From the NCBI GenBank assembly GCA_963729445.1, contig CAVSNU010000003.1:995736-1059735 (forward strand): a stretch of 64,000 bases of DNA. The letters are read 5' to 3'. The position numbers and the translations under genes were made by a program. Below are positions 62,042 to 64,000 of the stretch, in pieces. Source of the stretch: an uncultured Chloroflexia bacterium. Lineage in GTDB: Bacteria > Chloroflexota > Chloroflexia > Thermomicrobiales > CFX8. The first letter of the stretch is position 1; each line of letters begins with the position of its first letter. The notes under the pieces were generated by a model. The model saw only the letters and a list, made by a program, of their open reading frames with translations, ran no database searches and was not told the origin of the DNA.

Positions 62042-63214
62042 TGTGTTCGTCCGGACAGGTCCCTGACACTGACGAAGGATGAGCAAACGTAGCCGAGGGC
62101 GCTATCATGGCGCCAGTATGAGCACCTATGGCAGCGTCATTCCGGGAGCTGAGTACCTGGCGAAGGTTCCGGTGCTGTCGAAAACAGCCAGGACACGACA
62201 CAAGTGGTTTCAGTATTGGGAAACGCATAACCACAACGTGAGCCTGACCTGCCGTTACTTCGGGATCAGCCGGCAGACGTTTTACTATTGGAAGCCGCGC
62301 TATGAGCGTCAGGGACCACGCGGGTTGGAGGATCGCTCCTGCCGTCCCCGGCGGGTCCGGCAACGCACCTGGAGGCTGGACCTGATCGCACGGGTGAAGG
62401 CGTTGCGCGCGCAGTATCCACGCTGGGGCAAGGACAAGCTGGCGGTGTTGCTTTGGCGGGAAGGGATCGCCTGTTCGGTCTCGATGGTCGGACGCATTCT
62501 GGCACACCTCAAGCACACGCGACAATTGATCGAGCCGGTGGTTCAGGCGGTCAAGGTTCGCAAACGCCGCCAGCATGCCAGACGCAAACCGAAGGAATAC
62601 ACGCCCCAGCAGCCTGGCGATATCGTCCAGGTCGACACGCTGGATGTACGTCCCATTCCTGGGACGATCCTCAAGCAGTTCACCGCACGCGACATGGTCT
62701 GTCGCTGGGATGTGGTCGAGGTCTTCAGCCGTGCTACGGCCACGACAGCCAGCCGCTTCCTGGGTCGCTTGCTAGAGCGTATGCCGTTCACGGTGCGGGC
62801 CATTCAGCTCGATGGTGGGAGCGAGTTTATGGCCGAGTTTGAGGAAAGCTGTCAGCAGCGTGGGATCCAGCTCTTCGTCCTGCCACCCCGTAGCCCAAAG
62901 CTCAACGGGCATGTCGAACGGGCGCAACGCACCCATACCGAGGAGTTCTGGGAGGTGACCGGGGTGGGCTGGACGGTCGCTGAGCTGCAACCGGAGCTGC
63001 GTGCCTGGGAGACGGTCTACAACACCGTGCGACCACACCAGTCGTTGGGTTACCAGACGCCGGCACAGTTCCTGGAAGGGTTCGCAGAGCACAAACCCGG
63101 GCTGAACCAGCAACGCCAGCTCAGCCCGGTGGGTGAAGTATGAGCACCCGACACCAGTCTACACGGAGCAGTGCAGAAAGGAGACAGGTGTCAGGAAGGT
63201 AGCGAACGAGTACA
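62042..63214 (+). mobile_element. IS481-family insertion sequence, copy 2 (1173 bp)
   Basis: Reverse complement of copy 1; flanks acccc / ccccc consistent with its own target duplication. Confidence 0.92.
62079..63143 (+). CDS. IS481-family DDE transposase
   Basis: Translation identical to 56576..57640. Confidence 0.95.
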   Translation: MSKRSRGRYHGASMSTYGSVIPGAEYLAKVPVLSKTARTRHKWFQYWETHNHNVSLTCRYFGISRQTFYYWKPRYERQGPRGLEDRSCRPRRVRQRTWRLDLIARVKALRAQYPRWGKDKLAVLLWREGIACSVSMVGRILAHLKHTRQLIEPVVQAVKVRKRRQHARRKPKEYTPQQPGDIVQVDTLDVRPIPGTILKQFTARDMVCRWDVVEVFSRATATTASRFLGRLLERMPFTVRAIQLDGGSEFMAEFEESCQQRGIQLFVLPPRSPKLNGHVERAQRTHTEEFWEVTGVGWTVAELQPELRAWETVYNTVRPHQSLGYQTPAQFLEGFAEHKPGLNQQRQLSPVGEV

Positions 63215-63219
63215 CCCCC

Positions 63220-63275
63220 TTGACATTTGCTGTCGCCTCCGTTAGTCTGCCAATCAATCATTGATAGTTGATCAA
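63220..63275 (+). promoter_or_regulatory. Promoter and putative autoregulatory operator of the GntR gene
   Basis: TTGACA-17-TAGTCT, then palindromes atcaat-c-attgat (63253-63265) and ttgatcaa (63268-63275). Confidence 0.6.
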
Positions 63276-63296
63276 ATATCATATTGCGAGTCCAAG

Positions 63297-63992
63297 ATGC
63301 CAGTGCTCGAGCCGCCTAACGGAGCCCGTAGCGATGACGGACGCTACAAGACGGCCGCCGATTATGCGTACGCACAACTGCGCTCTCGCATCGTCCGTGG
63401 TGAATTGGCCCCGGGAGAACGCATCGATCAAGACGCCGAAGCCGCGAGGCTGAGCGTCAGCCGCATGCCGATCCGCGAAGCCCTGCGGCGGCTCGCCTCC
63501 GAGAGTCTCGTTGACATCGCCCCTCATCGAGGCGCCTCCGTACGGCCGGTGAGCATCGATGATCTTGAGGATCTCTACGTTCTGCGTCTGGCACTCGAGG
63601 GTCTGGCCGGTCTACTCGGGACGTTGGCCGTTGATGAGATTCAGTTGACCCAAATGCGCGCGCTCATTCCCAAAATGGAAAACGTCGTCGAGCGCCATGA
63701 TCCAGACGCGTGGCTGGAGTTGGATTGGACGTTTCACTCTTTGCTCTACACCGCCGCCGGACGACCCCGCCTGGTGCGCTACATCCAGATGCTCCGTGAA
63801 GAAGCAAGTCGATACCGACGAATGAGCTTTATGTACACCGACGAACTGCACGCAGGTCTGGAATCCCACCACGCGATACTGACCGCATGTGACACACGTG
63901 ACGGAAAGGAGGTTGAGAGGATCATCGTCAGGTCTCTTGAGATGTCTCGCGAAAAGCTACGTAGTCTATTGCGCGATCGCTTTGACCATTGA
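63297..63992 (+). CDS. GntR-family (FCD) transcriptional regulator
   Basis: LAPGERI, VSRMPIREAL, LRLALE, DWTFH, HHAIL. Confidence 0.93.
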   Translation: MPVLEPPNGARSDDGRYKTAADYAYAQLRSRIVRGELAPGERIDQDAEAARLSVSRMPIREALRRLASESLVDIAPHRGASVRPVSIDDLEDLYVLRLALEGLAGLLGTLAVDEIQLTQMRALIPKMENVVERHDPDAWLELDWTFHSLLYTAAGRPRLVRYIQMLREEASRYRRMSFMYTDELHAGLESHHAILTACDTRDGKEVERIIVRSLEMSREKLRSLLRDRFDH

Positions 63993-64000
63993 GTCGCCAA

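Noticed and set aside
61370-62086. 238-aa minus-strand ORF as a real gene
   Set aside because: Chimeric: it starts inside the IS end, and only the last ~90 codons resemble a protein family
56505-63214. Composite transposon that inserted as one unit
   Set aside because: Outer flanks (GTGTT and CCCCC) do not match; each copy has its own apparent target duplication

Overview
This is a high-GC bacterial window. Gene content and sequence style suggest Chloroflexota (Thermomicrobia-like), which is an inference. The first ~50 kb is mostly housekeeping: start of the atp operon, pyrG, recX, mrfA, lon, recA, hisH-hisA-hisF, tsaE-tsaB-rimI-tsaD-suhB, an Fe3+ ABC operon and thiL. Several essential genes carry indel frameshifts that look like long-read consensus errors. 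The last ~13.5 kb is an accessory zone with gene fragments, pseudogenes and two apparently identical IS481-family copies in opposite orientation. Most notable: (1) a cobalamin-riboswitch operon encoding a membrane-anchored protein with transcobalamin/intrinsic-factor-like two-domain architecture plus EcfT and fused EcfAA', but no S component; (2) a c-di-GMP-II riboswitch in an AT-rich, direct-repeat-flanked segment upstream of the c-di-AMP receptor darA/pstA; (3) a long structured leader of unknown class ahead of an SH3-NlpC/P60 hydrolase; (4) an IscR-type-1-like Rrf2 operator on the iron uptake operon; (5) a long coiled-coil gene translationally coupled inside the his operon. All family assignments are by motif recognition, not database search.
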